A DNA stretch of 64,000 nucleotides from Armatimonadota bacterium (GCA_037440005.1 JBBIUY010000011.1:1-64000); one strand, 5' to 3'; shown: positions 49,077-58,509, counted from the stretch's first letter. The notes: generated by a model not told the origin, from the sequence alone. Made by a program: numbers and translations.

Positions 49077-50350
49077 GGACCGTTGCGGCGTTCATGGCCC
49101 GGGCGGTGGTCACCGCCTCTCCCGAGGAGACGGTGGCGGCGGTGGCCCGGCGCCTGGCGGAGCACCGCATCGGCGGGGCGCCGGTGGTGGGTGAAGACGG
49201 GCGGCTGGTGGGCATGGTGACCCTGCGGGACCTGGTCGGCCAGCCTCCCTACCGGCCCGTCCGCGAGGTGATGACCCGGCAGGTGGTGACGGTCTCCCCG
49301 GGCGAGCGGATCACCGACGCCTACGCCCTGATGGACCGCCACCGGGTGGGCCGGCTGCCGGTGGTGGACGACGCCGGGCGGGTGGTGGGGGTGGTGACCC
49401 GGGGCGACCTGCTGCAGGAACTGGGCCGCCTCACCGACCCGCTCACCACTCTGCCCTGGTCCGGCACGCTGCGGCAGCAGGCGGCCGACCTGCTCAAGGC
49501 CGGGCGGGAGATCACCGTGCTGTTCATCGACCTGGACGACTTCGGCCTGGTGAACAAGCTGTACGGGCACGTGGTGGGGGACCGGGTGATCCAGGCGGTG
49601 GCGGCTCTGCTGCGGGAGCACACCGACCCGTCCCGCGACAGCCTCTGCCGGTACGCCGGCGACGAGTTCGCCGTCGTCTCCACCCGCACCGCCGCCGAGG
49701 CCACCGCGCTGGCCCGCCGCCTGCGGGAGGCCGTCCTGGCCCTGGACGTGCCGGGGGCGCCCCCGGGGGCCATCAGCGCCTCGGTGGGCATCGCCGGGGG
49801 CAAGCGCACGGCCGAGAGGCACGACATCCACTACGAGGCCACCGTGGACGACCTGCTGACGCTGGCCAGCCGGGCGTCCACCCTGGCCAAGCGCACCGAG
49901 GAGCGTATCCTCCACGGTACCCAGATTCCCCCGGTCCCGCCCCGGGCGCCGGCGCGGCGGGCGGCCATCCGCCGGATCGACCTGGGGGTGGAGGAGGGGC
50001 GGGGGACGGCCACGGTGGAGCTGGAGTGGGACGGCCGGCGGGCCACCGGGCGGGCGGCGGGGCCGGCGCTGGGCACCGCGGGGCTGGCGCTGCTGGTGAA
50101 CGCCACGGTGACGGCCGCCCGGCAGTGGCTGCCTCCCCAGTGGGAGGTGGCGGTGGAGGAGATCTCCCGCACGCCCCTGGACCACGGGGAGGCGGTCCAC
50201 ACCCTGCTGGTGGCCGGCACGCCGTCGGGCGGTCCCCAGTACCTGCTGGGCTCGGCCCTGTTCACCGCCGACCCCCACGAGGCGGTGGTCCGGGCCACCA
50301 TGAAGGCCGTCAACCGCATCCTGGCCCACGCGCACCGGATCGAGGGCTAA
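49073..50350 (+). CDS. CBS-pair + GGDEF (AGDEF) diguanylate cyclase with extra C-terminal domain
   Basis: Two CBS repeats, TDPLT, FIDLDDF..VN..YGHVVGD, RYAGDEF. Confidence 0.85.
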   Translation: MRTVAAFMARAVVTASPEETVAAVARRLAEHRIGGAPVVGEDGRLVGMVTLRDLVGQPPYRPVREVMTRQVVTVSPGERITDAYALMDRHRVGRLPVVDDAGRVVGVVTRGDLLQELGRLTDPLTTLPWSGTLRQQAADLLKAGREITVLFIDLDDFGLVNKLYGHVVGDRVIQAVAALLREHTDPSRDSLCRYAGDEFAVVSTRTAAEATALARRLREAVLALDVPGAPPGAISASVGIAGGKRTAERHDIHYEATVDDLLTLASRASTLAKRTEERILHGTQIPPVPPRAPARRAAIRRIDLGVEEGRGTATVELEWDGRRATGRAAGPALGTAGLALLVNATVTAARQWLPPQWEVAVEEISRTPLDHGEAVHTLLVAGTPSGGPQYLLGSALFTADPHEAVVRATMKAVNRILAHAHRIEG

Positions 50351-50387
50351 CCTGTCTCGCCGAGCTGCGGGGACGGAGGCGCCCCCG

Positions 50388-51698
50388 CTAGACCCGGCGG
50401 ATCTCCACCCGGCCGATCCGGCGGCCGATGACCGTTTCCACGGTGAACTCCAGGTCGCCCACCCGAAAGCGAGTCCCGGGCTCGGGGATGGAGCCCAGGT
50501 GGTAGAAGATGAACCCGCCCAGGGTGGTGGCCTGCTCCCGGGGCAGGCTGATGCCCGCCAGGTCCTGCAGCGTCTGCAGGTCGATGGTGGCGTCCACCAC
50601 GATCCGGTCGGGCTGGGCCAGGTGCACCAGGGGCGGCTGGGGCCGGGTCTCGCCGGGGATCTCGCCCACGATCTCTTCGATCAGGTCCTCGATGGTGACG
50701 ATGCCGGCGGTGCTGCCGTACTCCTCCAGCACCACGGCCATCTGGGACCGGCCCGCCCGCATCTCCTCCAGCAGGTCCACCACCGGCTTGGTCTCCGGGA
50801 CGTACAGGACCGGGCGCAGGGCGACGGTCACCGGCTGGTCGCCGCGGCCGTCGGCCAGATGGATCAGCAGGTCCTTGGCGTGCACGGCCCCCAGGATGTC
50901 GTCGCGGTCCTCTCCGGTGACCGGCAGGCGGGTGAAGCCGCGCTGCTTGACGACCTCCACCGCCTGCCGGACGGTGGCGGTGGCCGGGACGGCGACCACG
51001 GCCGTGCGGTGCACCATGACCTCGCCCACGGTCCGGTCGGTCAGGCGGAACACCCGCCGCACCAGGGACTCCTCCTCCCGGTCGACCACCCCGGCCCGCC
51101 GCGCTTCGCCCACCAGCATCACCAGGTCTTCCCGCTGGTAGGCCACGTGCCGTCCGGCCGGCGCCCGCAGGCCCACGAGGCGCAGGCCGGCGTTGGCCAG
51201 ACCGTTGAGGGTCCAGATGAACGGGGCGAACACCCGGGCGAAGGCGGCCGTGGGCGGCACCGTCAGCAGGGCGATGGACTCGGGGTTCCACAGGGCCACG
51301 CTCTTCGGAGCCAGCTCGCCGGCGGTGATGTGCAGCGCGGTGATCAGGCCGAAGGCCGCCACCGCCGCCGCCGCGTGCAGGGCGGCCGGCTGCCAGGGGG
51401 CGGGGAGGGCGGCCAGGGCGGACTGCAGCAGGTCGGCCACGAACGGTTCGCCGATCCAGCCCAGCCCCAGGCTGGCCATGGTGATGCCCAGCTGGGTGGC
51501 GGCCACGAAGGGTTCGGGGTTCTCCACCGCCGCCTGCACCAGGCGCGCCGTCCGCCCTCCCCGGCGCGCCAGCGACGCCACCCGGGTGCGCCGGGACGCC
51601 ACGATGGCGAACTCGGCGGCCACGAACACGCCGTTGGCCGCCACCAGCGCCGCGACCACCAGCAGGCGGGCCAGGGTCACGCCTACATCCATCTCCAC
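50388..51698 (-). CDS. Hemolysin/CNNM (DUF21-CBS-CorC) family transporter
   Basis: NGVFVAAEFA, QLGIT, GELAPK, GIVTIEDLIEEIVGEI. Confidence 0.92.
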   Translation of the reverse strand: MEMDVGVTLARLLVVAALVAANGVFVAAEFAIVASRRTRVASLARRGGRTARLVQAAVENPEPFVAATQLGITMASLGLGWIGEPFVADLLQSALAALPAPWQPAALHAAAAVAAFGLITALHITAGELAPKSVALWNPESIALLTVPPTAAFARVFAPFIWTLNGLANAGLRLVGLRAPAGRHVAYQREDLVMLVGEARRAGVVDREEESLVRRVFRLTDRTVGEVMVHRTAVVAVPATATVRQAVEVVKQRGFTRLPVTGEDRDDILGAVHAKDLLIHLADGRGDQPVTVALRPVLYVPETKPVVDLLEEMRAGRSQMAVVLEEYGSTAGIVTIEDLIEEIVGEIPGETRPQPPLVHLAQPDRIVVDATIDLQTLQDLAGISLPREQATTLGGFIFYHLGSIPEPGTRFRVGDLEFTVETVIGRRIGRVEIRRV

Positions 51699-51794
51699 GG
51701 TCCTCTCACCTCACTCGTCCCGCGGCCGCCGCTGCCGGGGCCGTGGGGGACAGGCCAGGAGAATTCCTTCGCGGTCCGCCCCGGGCGCCCCGCC

Positions 51795-51824
51795 TTGACG
51801 CTGCGGGACGAGGCGGCCTACAAT
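51795..51824 (+). promoter_or_regulatory. Sigma70-type promoter of the paa cluster (probably leaderless)
   Basis: TTGACG-N18-TACAAT, GTG start 7 nt later. Confidence 0.65.
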
Positions 51825-51831
51825 CGGGCAC

Positions 51832-52782
51832 GTGGACGATCCCCCGCGCGACGGGCCTGAGGCCGAGGATCCCGACCGGGTGGCCGCCTTCACGGCCCGC
51901 ATCGCCGCCGGCGAGCGCGTCGAGGCGGGAGAGTGGATGCCCGCCCGCTACCGCGCCGAGTGCCTGCGCCTCATCCAGATGCACGCCCACTCGGAGCTGA
52001 TGGGGGCCCTGCCCGAGCGGGAGTGGATTCCCCGGGCCCCGACCCTGCGCCGGAAGATGGCCCTGGTGGCCAAGGTCCAGGACGAGGTGGGCCACGCCCA
52101 GCTGCTGTACCGGGTGGCGGAGGATCTGGGCAAACCCCGCCGCCAGATGATCGAGGAGCTGCTGGCGGGGACCGCCCGGTTCCACAACGTCTTCCACTAT
52201 CCCGCCCCCACCTGGGCGGACGTGGCGGTGATCCAGGTCTTCGTGGACGGCGCGGCCATGCAGACCCAGGGGGCGTTGCGGGCGTGCAGCTACGCCCCCT
52301 ACGCCCGGGTGCTCAAGCGCATCTGCTACGAGGAAGACTTTCACATCCGCCTGGGGCTGGACACCTTCCGGGCCCTGGCCGAGGGCACGCCCCGGCAGCG
52401 GGCGATGCTGCAGGACGCGCTGAACCGCTGGTGGCAGCCCCTGATGCACTTCTTCGGACCCCGGGACCACGCCTCGCCGCACCTGGAGACGATGATGCGC
52501 TGGCGGATCAAGGTGAAGACCAACGACGAGCTCCGCCAGCAGTTCTTGCGCCAGTTCGTTCCCGTGATCACCGAGTACGGCCTGCAGGTGCCCGACCCGC
52601 ACCTGCGGTGGAACGAGGCGCAGCAGCGCTACGACTACGGCGAACCCGACTGGGAGGAGTTCCGCCGGGTGATCCGGGGGGAGGGGCCCCAGACCGCGGC
52701 CCGGCTGGCCGTGCGGCGGGAGGCCTGGCGGATGCACCAGTGGGTGCGGGAGGCGATGGACGCGTGGGGGCTGGCGGCCTGA
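51832..52782 (+). CDS. paaA: Phenylacetyl-CoA epoxidase catalytic subunit
   Basis: HAHSE, RAPTLRRK..AKVQDEVGH, EEDFH, TNDELRQ. Confidence 0.93.
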   Translation: MDDPPRDGPEAEDPDRVAAFTARIAAGERVEAGEWMPARYRAECLRLIQMHAHSELMGALPEREWIPRAPTLRRKMALVAKVQDEVGHAQLLYRVAEDLGKPRRQMIEELLAGTARFHNVFHYPAPTWADVAVIQVFVDGAAMQTQGALRACSYAPYARVLKRICYEEDFHIRLGLDTFRALAEGTPRQRAMLQDALNRWWQPLMHFFGPRDHASPHLETMMRWRIKVKTNDELRQQFLRQFVPVITEYGLQVPDPHLRWNEAQQRYDYGEPDWEEFRRVIRGEGPQTAARLAVRREAWRMHQWVREAMDAWGLAA

Positions 52783-52805
52783 GGGAGTCCACCGGACTGT
52801 CCCCG

Positions 52806-53303
52806 GTGCACCTGTACGCCTACCTGGAGCAGGCGCGGGCCCGGCTGCTGCGGTGGGTGAGCGGGCTGACCGACGAGCAGTACACCCGCGAGTTCCCCTT
52901 CGGGCACCGGTCCATCCGGGCCACCCTGGTGCACACGGCGTCGGCCGAGTGGGCCTACGGGAGACGGCTGCGCGGGGAGGACGTGCCCCCGCCCGAGGAG
53001 CGGCCGTTCGCCCGCTTCGCCCGGACGGGACCCCATCCCCTGGTGGCGGCGTGGGAGGAGCTGGCGGCGCAGACCCGCCAGACCCTGGCTGCCGTCTCGG
53101 ACTGGGCCGCGCCGGTGGAGTACACGGCCCTGGACGGAACCCGCATCCGCACCACCACCGGCGGCATCGCCGCCCAGATGCTGTTTCACGAGGTTCACCA
53201 CCGGGCCCAGGTGATGGCCATGCTGCGCCAGTGCGGCGTGCCCGCCCAGGACCTGGACTACTCGATCCTGATGTTCGAGCGCCTGCCCGCTCCGGCGGGG
53301 TGA
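52806..53303 (+). CDS. DinB/YfiT family protein (possible CTG start at 52797)
   Basis: SIRATLVH..AE, HEVHHRAQ..MLRQ.G....LDY. Confidence 0.85.
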   Translation: MHLYAYLEQARARLLRWVSGLTDEQYTREFPFGHRSIRATLVHTASAEWAYGRRLRGEDVPPPEERPFARFARTGPHPLVAAWEELAAQTRQTLAAVSDWAAPVEYTALDGTRIRTTTGGIAAQMLFHEVHHRAQVMAMLRQCGVPAQDLDYSILMFERLPAPAG

Positions 53304-53313
53304 GGGAGGACCC

Positions 53314-53643
53314 ATGCCCCGCCTGGTGGACCTGCTGGGCACGCCCCCGGAGGAGGCGTCCCGCCTGTTTGCGGTGTTCCGCCAGGAGGCCCGGGGCGAG
53401 CCCCACGTCCACGTGGGCGACGTGCACGCGCCCGACGCCGAGATGGCGCTGCTGCTGGCCAAGGAGCAGTTCACCCGTCGCGACCCCTGCGTGAGCCTGT
53501 GGGTGGTGCCATACCCGTCCATCACCGCCACCGCCTACGACGACGCCGACCTGTTCACCCCCGCCACCGACCGCAGCTACCGGTTCGGCGAGTCCTACCG
53601 CGAGCAGCGGCGCCCTCCGCGCCCGCGCCCGATGCGGCGGTGA
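53314..53643 (+). CDS. paaB: Phenylacetyl-CoA epoxidase subunit B
   Basis: HVHVGDVHAPDAEMAL..A..FTRR..VSLWVV. Confidence 0.9.
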   Translation: MPRLVDLLGTPPEEASRLFAVFRQEARGEPHVHVGDVHAPDAEMALLLAKEQFTRRDPCVSLWVVPYPSITATAYDDADLFTPATDRSYRFGESYREQRRPPRPRPMRR

Positions 53644-54425
53644 CCGCCCTGGCCGACCTGCCCGCCCTGCAGGATCCCGCGACCCGGGAGGCGCTGGCCG
53701 AGGTCCTGCTGGCGGTGGCCGACGACGAGCTGGTGATCGGCCACCGCCACGCCGAGTGGACGGGCCTGGGACCCGACATCGAGTCCGACGTGGCCCTGTC
53801 CAGCATCGCCCAGGAGGAACTGGGCCATGCCCGCCTGTTCTACGAGCGGGTGGCCGACCTGCGGGGCACCGACCCCGACACCCTGGCCTACGGCCGGACG
53901 GCGGAGGAGTTCCGCAACAGCGCGCTGGTGGAACGGCCTAACGGCGACTGGGCGGAGACGCTAGTGCGCCTGGTCCTGTACGAACACGCCGAGCAGGTGC
54001 GCCTGGACGCCCTGGCCGCGTGCTCCCTGGCGCCTGTGGCCGAGCTGGCCGCCGCGGTCCGGCGCGAGGAGCGGTATCATCGGATGTACGGGGAGCAGTG
54101 GCTGCGCCGCCTGGCCGCCGCCACCGCCAGCAGCCGCGCGCGGGTGCAGGAGGCGGTGGAGCGGGTCTGGCCCGATGCGGCGGACCTGTGGGAGCCCACG
54201 GCCGGGCTGCACGTTCTGGCGCGCATCCTGCCGGTCGACCCGCCGGGGCTGCGGTCCCGGTGGCGGGAGGCGGTGACGGCGTCTCTGGCGGCGGCGGGGT
54301 TGGTGCCGGGGCCGGAGCCGCCCCCGGGTCCGGGCGGGCGGTCGGGCCGGCACACGGCCCACCTGCGGCAGGTGCTGGACGAGATGACCTCGGTGTGGCG
54401 CCTGGAGCCCGGCGCCCGCTGGTAG
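53640..54425 (+). CDS. paaC: Phenylacetyl-CoA epoxidase subunit C
   Basis: ADDELVIGHR, IAQEELGH, PNGDWA, EERYH. Confidence 0.9.
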   Translation: MTALADLPALQDPATREALAEVLLAVADDELVIGHRHAEWTGLGPDIESDVALSSIAQEELGHARLFYERVADLRGTDPDTLAYGRTAEEFRNSALVERPNGDWAETLVRLVLYEHAEQVRLDALAACSLAPVAELAAAVRREERYHRMYGEQWLRRLAAATASSRARVQEAVERVWPDAADLWEPTAGLHVLARILPVDPPGLRSRWREAVTASLAAAGLVPGPEPPPGPGGRSGRHTAHLRQVLDEMTSVWRLEPGARW

Positions 54426-54435
54426 GGGGTCGGAG

Positions 54436-54909
54436 ATGGCGACATCCGATGAGGCCCTGCGGGTGCAGGTGTGGGAGGTCCTGGCCACCATCTGGGACCC
54501 GGAACTGCCGGTGACCGTCACCGACCTGGGCCTGATCGAGGCGGTGGAGATCCAAGACGGCCGGGTGCGGGTGGAGATGATCCCCACCTATACCGGCTGC
54601 CCGGCGCTGGAGGTGATGCGTCAGGAGATCGACGCCCGGCTGCGGGCCCTGCCCGGCGTGCGGGAAGTCGCCGTGCAGATGTCCTACGCCCGGCCGTGGA
54701 CGGTCGGGCGCCTCAGCCCCGCGGGCCGGCGTGGCCTGCGCCGCCACGGGCTGGGCGTGGCGCAGCCCCCGGCGCCGGTGCGCTGCCCGGTGTGCGGGTC
54801 GGCCAACACCGTCCTGGAGAACCCGTTCGGGCCGACCCCGTGCCGGGCCATCGCCTACTGCCGGGACTGCCGCAACCCGCTGGAGTACGTCCGCGGGCCG
54901 GCGGACTGA
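54436..54909 (+). CDS. paaD: Phenylacetyl-CoA epoxidase subunit D (DUF59 + zinc ribbon)
   Basis: DPELP, PTYTGCPA, CPVCGS, FGPTPCR..YCRDCRNP. Confidence 0.9.
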   Translation: MATSDEALRVQVWEVLATIWDPELPVTVTDLGLIEAVEIQDGRVRVEMIPTYTGCPALEVMRQEIDARLRALPGVREVAVQMSYARPWTVGRLSPAGRRGLRRHGLGVAQPPAPVRCPVCGSANTVLENPFGPTPCRAIAYCRDCRNPLEYVRGPAD

Positions 54910-54935
54910 CCGACGCCCCCGCGAGGGCCCACCGT

Positions 54936-55133
54936 ATGCAGCTCCGCGATCGAGGCACCGACCGCCGCGGCCGGCCGCTGACGGCCGGCGCGCAGGTCCG
55001 CGTCCTGGCAGAGCCGGGACACCCCGAAGGGACCGTGGTCCGGGTCCTGCCGCGCTATCACGTGGTCGTGGTGGCGCTGCGCTCACCCGCCGTCGAGCGG
55101 ATGTACCCGGCAGACCAGGTGGAGGTTCTGTAA
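54936..55133 (+). CDS. 65-aa hypothetical protein, SH3/KOW-like beta pattern
   Basis: DRRGRPLTAGAQVRV..GTVVRV..VVV..YPADQVEV. Confidence 0.55.
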   Translation: MQLRDRGTDRRGRPLTAGAQVRVLAEPGHPEGTVVRVLPRYHVVVVALRSPAVERMYPADQVEVL

Positions 55134-55216
55134 ATCTCCGTCCGTCCCCGGGGAGGGGTGCCCGCCGGCGCCGAAGTCCGGACGCGCCGGCGCGCGTTCG
55201 CGGGCTGGCGGGCGCA

Positions 55217-55244
55217 AGTTAACATAACAGACATTATCGGAACT
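55217..55244 (-). other. dif: dif site (XerC/XerD chromosome dimer resolution)
   Basis: Minus strand AGTTCCGATAA-TGTCTG-TTATGTTAACT: 11-6-11 layout, XerD arm one mismatch from E. coli TTATGTTAAAT. Confidence 0.88.
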
Positions 55245-55276
55245 AGCCCGGAGTGTCGGGCGCGCCTCTCCCGTAG

Positions 55277-55290
55277 CGAACAGGTGTTTG
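55277..55290 (+). promoter_or_regulatory. LexA operator (Gram-positive-type SOS box)
   Basis: CGAACAGGTGTTTG matches CGAAC-N4-GTTYG and overlaps the lexA -35. Confidence 0.88.
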
Positions 55291-55316
55291 CCAAAAAGGA
55301 TCCCCCGTGCTACAAT
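55288..55316 (+). promoter_or_regulatory. lexA promoter
   Basis: TTGCCA-N17-TACAAT. Confidence 0.78.
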
Positions 55317-55374
55317 GACCGTCGCCGGAGGGGCGCGTGGGGGGACGGTCCGCCCACCCCCGGGGCGGCAGCCG

Positions 55375-55989
55375 ATGAGCAGGGGTCTGACGCGACGCCA
55401 GCGGGAAATCCTCGCCTTCGTCCAGCGCTACACCGAAGCGCACGGGTACCCTCCGTCGGTCCGCGAGATCGGCCAGGCCCTGGGGCTGACCAGTAGCTCG
55501 ACGGTGCACAGCCACCTGTCGGCTCTGGAAAAGAAAGGCTACCTCCGCCGCGACCCCAGCAAGCCGCGGGCCCTGGAGGTCCTGCGGGACGAGCGGGAGG
55601 TGCCGGCCAAGAAGGTGGTCCCCGTCCCGGTGGTCGGCCGCGTGACCGCCGGAGAGCCGATCCTGGCCCAGCAGAACATCGAGGACTACCTGCCCCTTCC
55701 CGCCGACCTCGCCGGGGGCGGGGAGTGCTTTTTGCTGCACGTGCGCGGGGACAGCATGATCGGCGCCGGGATCTACGACGGGGACCTGCTGCTGGTCCGC
55801 CGCCAGCCCACCGCCCGCAACGGCGACATCGTGGTCGCCCGCCTGGAGGACGAGGCCACCGTCAAACGCTTCTACCGAGAGGCCGACCGCATCCGCCTGC
55901 AGCCCGAGAACCCCGCCCTGGAGCCCCTGTACGTCCGCGACGTGGTCATCGAGGGGGTCGCCGTCGCCCTGATCCGCCGGCTGGCCTGA
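55375..55989 (+). CDS. lexA: SOS repressor LexA
   Basis: [24 protein letters not shown] cleavage site, GDSM, TVKR. Confidence 0.96.
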   Translation: MSRGLTRRQREILAFVQRYTEAHGYPPSVREIGQALGLTSSSTVHSHLSALEKKGYLRRDPSKPRALEVLRDEREVPAKKVVPVPVVGRVTAGEPILAQQNIEDYLPLPADLAGGGECFLLHVRGDSMIGAGIYDGDLLLVRRQPTARNGDIVVARLEDEATVKRFYREADRIRLQPENPALEPLYVRDVVIEGVAVALIRRLA

Positions 55990-56017
55990 GCCCGGGACAC
56001 CCGCGCCCGCCTGCGGC

Positions 56018-57328
56018 CTACGGTGCGCCCGGTCCCGCCAGGTGCGCCCGCAGCTGCTGGGCCTGGATGGTGGGCAGCTCGGCTTCCACGGCGATCCCCT
56101 GGGCGCCGTACTCCTGGCGGAGGATCCGTCCCCGGCTGAACAGGACCTCCAGCGCGCCGGCCCGGTCGTACGGCACCACCACCCGGACCCGTTCCACGGG
56201 CTCGGGCAGGCGCTGGGCGATGCGGCGCAGGAGGTTGACCAGGCCCACCCGGTGCAGGGCGGAAATCGGCACCCCCTCCCCCACCTCCGCGGCGACCTCC
56301 CGGACCCGGGACGGGGGCACCCGGTCGATCTTGTTCACCGCGTGCACCGTCGGCTTGTCGGCGGCGCCCAGCTCGGCCAGGACCGTCCGGACGGCCCGCA
56401 CCTGGTCGCGCCAGTCAGGGTGGCTGGCGTCCACCACGTGGACCAGCAGGTCGGCCTCGGTGACCTCCTCCAAAGTGGCCCGGAACGCGGCCACCAGCTG
56501 GTGCGGCAGGCGGGAGAGAAATCCCACGGTGTCCACCAGCAGCACCGGGCGGCCGTTGGGCAGGGTGACGCGGCGGACGGTGGGGTCGAGGGTGGCGAAC
56601 AGCGTGTCCTCGGTGAACACCCCGGCCTCGGTCAGGGCGTTGAGCAGCGTGGACTTGCCCGCGTTGGTGTAGCCCACCAGCGCCACCACCGGGAACTGGG
56701 CCTGGCGGCGCGCCTGGCGCTGCAGGGCCCGGTGGCGGCTGATCTCGGCGATCTCCCGGCGCAGGTCGGTGATGCGCCGGCGGATCCGGCGGCGGTCCAC
56801 CTCCAGCTTGGTCTCGCCCGGGCCGCGGGTGCCGATGCCGCCGCCCAGGCGGGACAGCCACACGCCCCGCCCGGCCAGGCGCGGCAGCAGGTAGATCATC
56901 TGGGCCAGCTCCACCTGCAGGCGGCCTTCCCGGGTCCGCGCCCGGCGCGCGAAGATGTCCAGGACCAGGGCCGTGCGGTCCACCACCTTGGTCTGCAGCC
57001 GTCGTTCCAGGTTGCGCTGCTGGGCGGGGGTCAGCTCGTCGTCCACGATCACCAGCGTGGCGTCCAGCTCGTACAGCAAGGCGGCCAGCTCGTCCACCTT
57101 GCCGGCGCCGAGGAAGGTGGCGGGGTCGGGGGCGGCGCGCTTCTGCACCACCGTGCCGACCACCACCGCGCCAGCGGACTCGGCCAGGCGGGCCAGTTCC
57201 TCCAGGTCCGGGGCCGACTCCCACCCGGGCCGGTGCAGGGCCACCAGGATGGCCCGCTCGGGCTCCCCGGCGCGGGGACGCCGGACGGCGTCGGTGTCGG
57301 CGCGGCCGTCTAGCCGCGGGCGGCCGAT
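56018..57328 (-). CDS. hflX: GTPase HflX (start uncertain: ATC 57328 proposed; first canonical GTG 57244)
   Basis: LTPAQQRNLE, GTRGPGETKLE, GYTNAGKS, LFATLD, DTVGF. Confidence 0.93.
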   Translation of the reverse strand: MGRPRLDGRADTDAVRRPRAGEPERAILVALHRPGWESAPDLEELARLAESAGAVVVGTVVQKRAAPDPATFLGAGKVDELAALLYELDATLVIVDDELTPAQQRNLERRLQTKVVDRTALVLDIFARRARTREGRLQVELAQMIYLLPRLAGRGVWLSRLGGGIGTRGPGETKLEVDRRRIRRRITDLRREIAEISRHRALQRQARRQAQFPVVALVGYTNAGKSTLLNALTEAGVFTEDTLFATLDPTVRRVTLPNGRPVLLVDTVGFLSRLPHQLVAAFRATLEEVTEADLLVHVVDASHPDWRDQVRAVRTVLAELGAADKPTVHAVNKIDRVPPSRVREVAAEVGEGVPISALHRVGLVNLLRRIAQRLPEPVERVRVVVPYDRAGALEVLFSRGRILRQEYGAQGIAVEAELPTIQAQQLRAHLAGPGAP

Positions 57329-58509
57329 AGGGTCTCCCCCCTCCCCGCGGGTCCGAACGCCTCCCGCAGCCGGCGCAGGGCCTCGTCCAGGCGGTCGTCG
57401 GGGACCGTCAGGGACACGCGCACGTATCCCTCCCCCTGTTCACCATACCCGGCGCCGGGGGTGACCACCACCCCGGTGCGGTCCAGGACCGTGGCGGCAA
57501 ACGCCGCCGAGGACTGGCCCTGGGGTGTGGGCAACCAGATGTAAAAGGTCGCCCGCAGGTCCGGCGGCCGCCAGCCCAGCCCGCGCAGGGTCGCCAGGGT
57601 GCGGTCGCGCCGGGCCTGGTAGATCCGCAGGCGCTCGTGCAGGACGTGGTCGGGGCCGTCCAGGGCCGCCACCCCGGCGTGCAGGACGGCGCGGAACACC
57701 CCCGAATCCACGTTGGTCTTCAGGCGCCCCAGGGCGCCCACGGCCTGGGCGTTGCCCACCACGAACCCCACCCGCCAGCCGGTCATGCTGTAGGTCTTGG
57801 ACAGCGAGTGGAACTCCACAGCCACGTCCTTCGCCCCCGGCACCTCGAGGACGCTGGGAGGCCGGTAGCCGTCGAAGGCGATCTCCGAGTAGGAGTTGTC
57901 GTGGACCAGCAGCAGGTCGTGCCGGCGGGCGAACGCCACCGCCTCCTCGAAGAACTCCCGGGAGGCGACCGCGCCGGTGGGGTTGTTGGGGTAGTTCAAA
58001 AACAGCATCCGCGCCCGGGTCAGGACGTCGGCCGGCAGGCGGTCCAGATCGGGCAGGAATCCCCGCTCCGGCCGCAGCGGCACCGGGTAGGGCTCGCCTT
58101 CGGCCAGGATGGTGGCGGCCCGGTACACCGGGTAGCCGGGATCGGGCACCAGGGCCACGTCCCCGGGGTTGAGCACCGCCCACGGCAGATGCGCCAGGCC
58201 TTCCTTGGAGCCGATCAGCGCCAGGACCTCCCGCTCCGGATCCAGGGTTACGCCGAAGCGCCGGGCGTACCAGCGGGCCACCGCCTCCCGGAATTCGGAC
58301 GTCCCTCGGTAGGGTGGATAGCGGTGGCTGCGGGGGTCGGTGGCGCCCTCCGTCAGCGCGTCGACGATGAACGACGGGGTGGGCAGGTCGGGGTCGCCCA
58401 CGCCCAGGTTGATGACGTCCACCCCCCGGCGGACCAGGTCGTCCTGGCGGCGATCCAGGTCCGCAAACAGGTACGCGCCGATCCGGTCCAGCCGTCGTGC
58501 CACCTGCAT
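57310..58509 (-). CDS. dapL: LL-diaminopimelate aminotransferase (class I/II PLP)
   Basis: LGVGDPD, GSKEG, NYPNNPTG, SLSKTYSMTGWRVG, KTNVDSG. Confidence 0.8.
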   Translation of the reverse strand: MQVARRLDRIGAYLFADLDRRQDDLVRRGVDVINLGVGDPDLPTPSFIVDALTEGATDPRSHRYPPYRGTSEFREAVARWYARRFGVTLDPEREVLALIGSKEGLAHLPWAVLNPGDVALVPDPGYPVYRAATILAEGEPYPVPLRPERGFLPDLDRLPADVLTRARMLFLNYPNNPTGAVASREFFEEAVAFARRHDLLLVHDNSYSEIAFDGYRPPSVLEVPGAKDVAVEFHSLSKTYSMTGWRVGFVVGNAQAVGALGRLKTNVDSGVFRAVLHAGVAALDGPDHVLHERLRIYQARRDRTLATLRGLGWRPPDLRATFYIWLPTPQGQSSAAFAATVLDRTGVVVTPGAGYGEQGEGYVRVSLTVPDDRLDEALRRLREAFGPAGRGETLSAARG

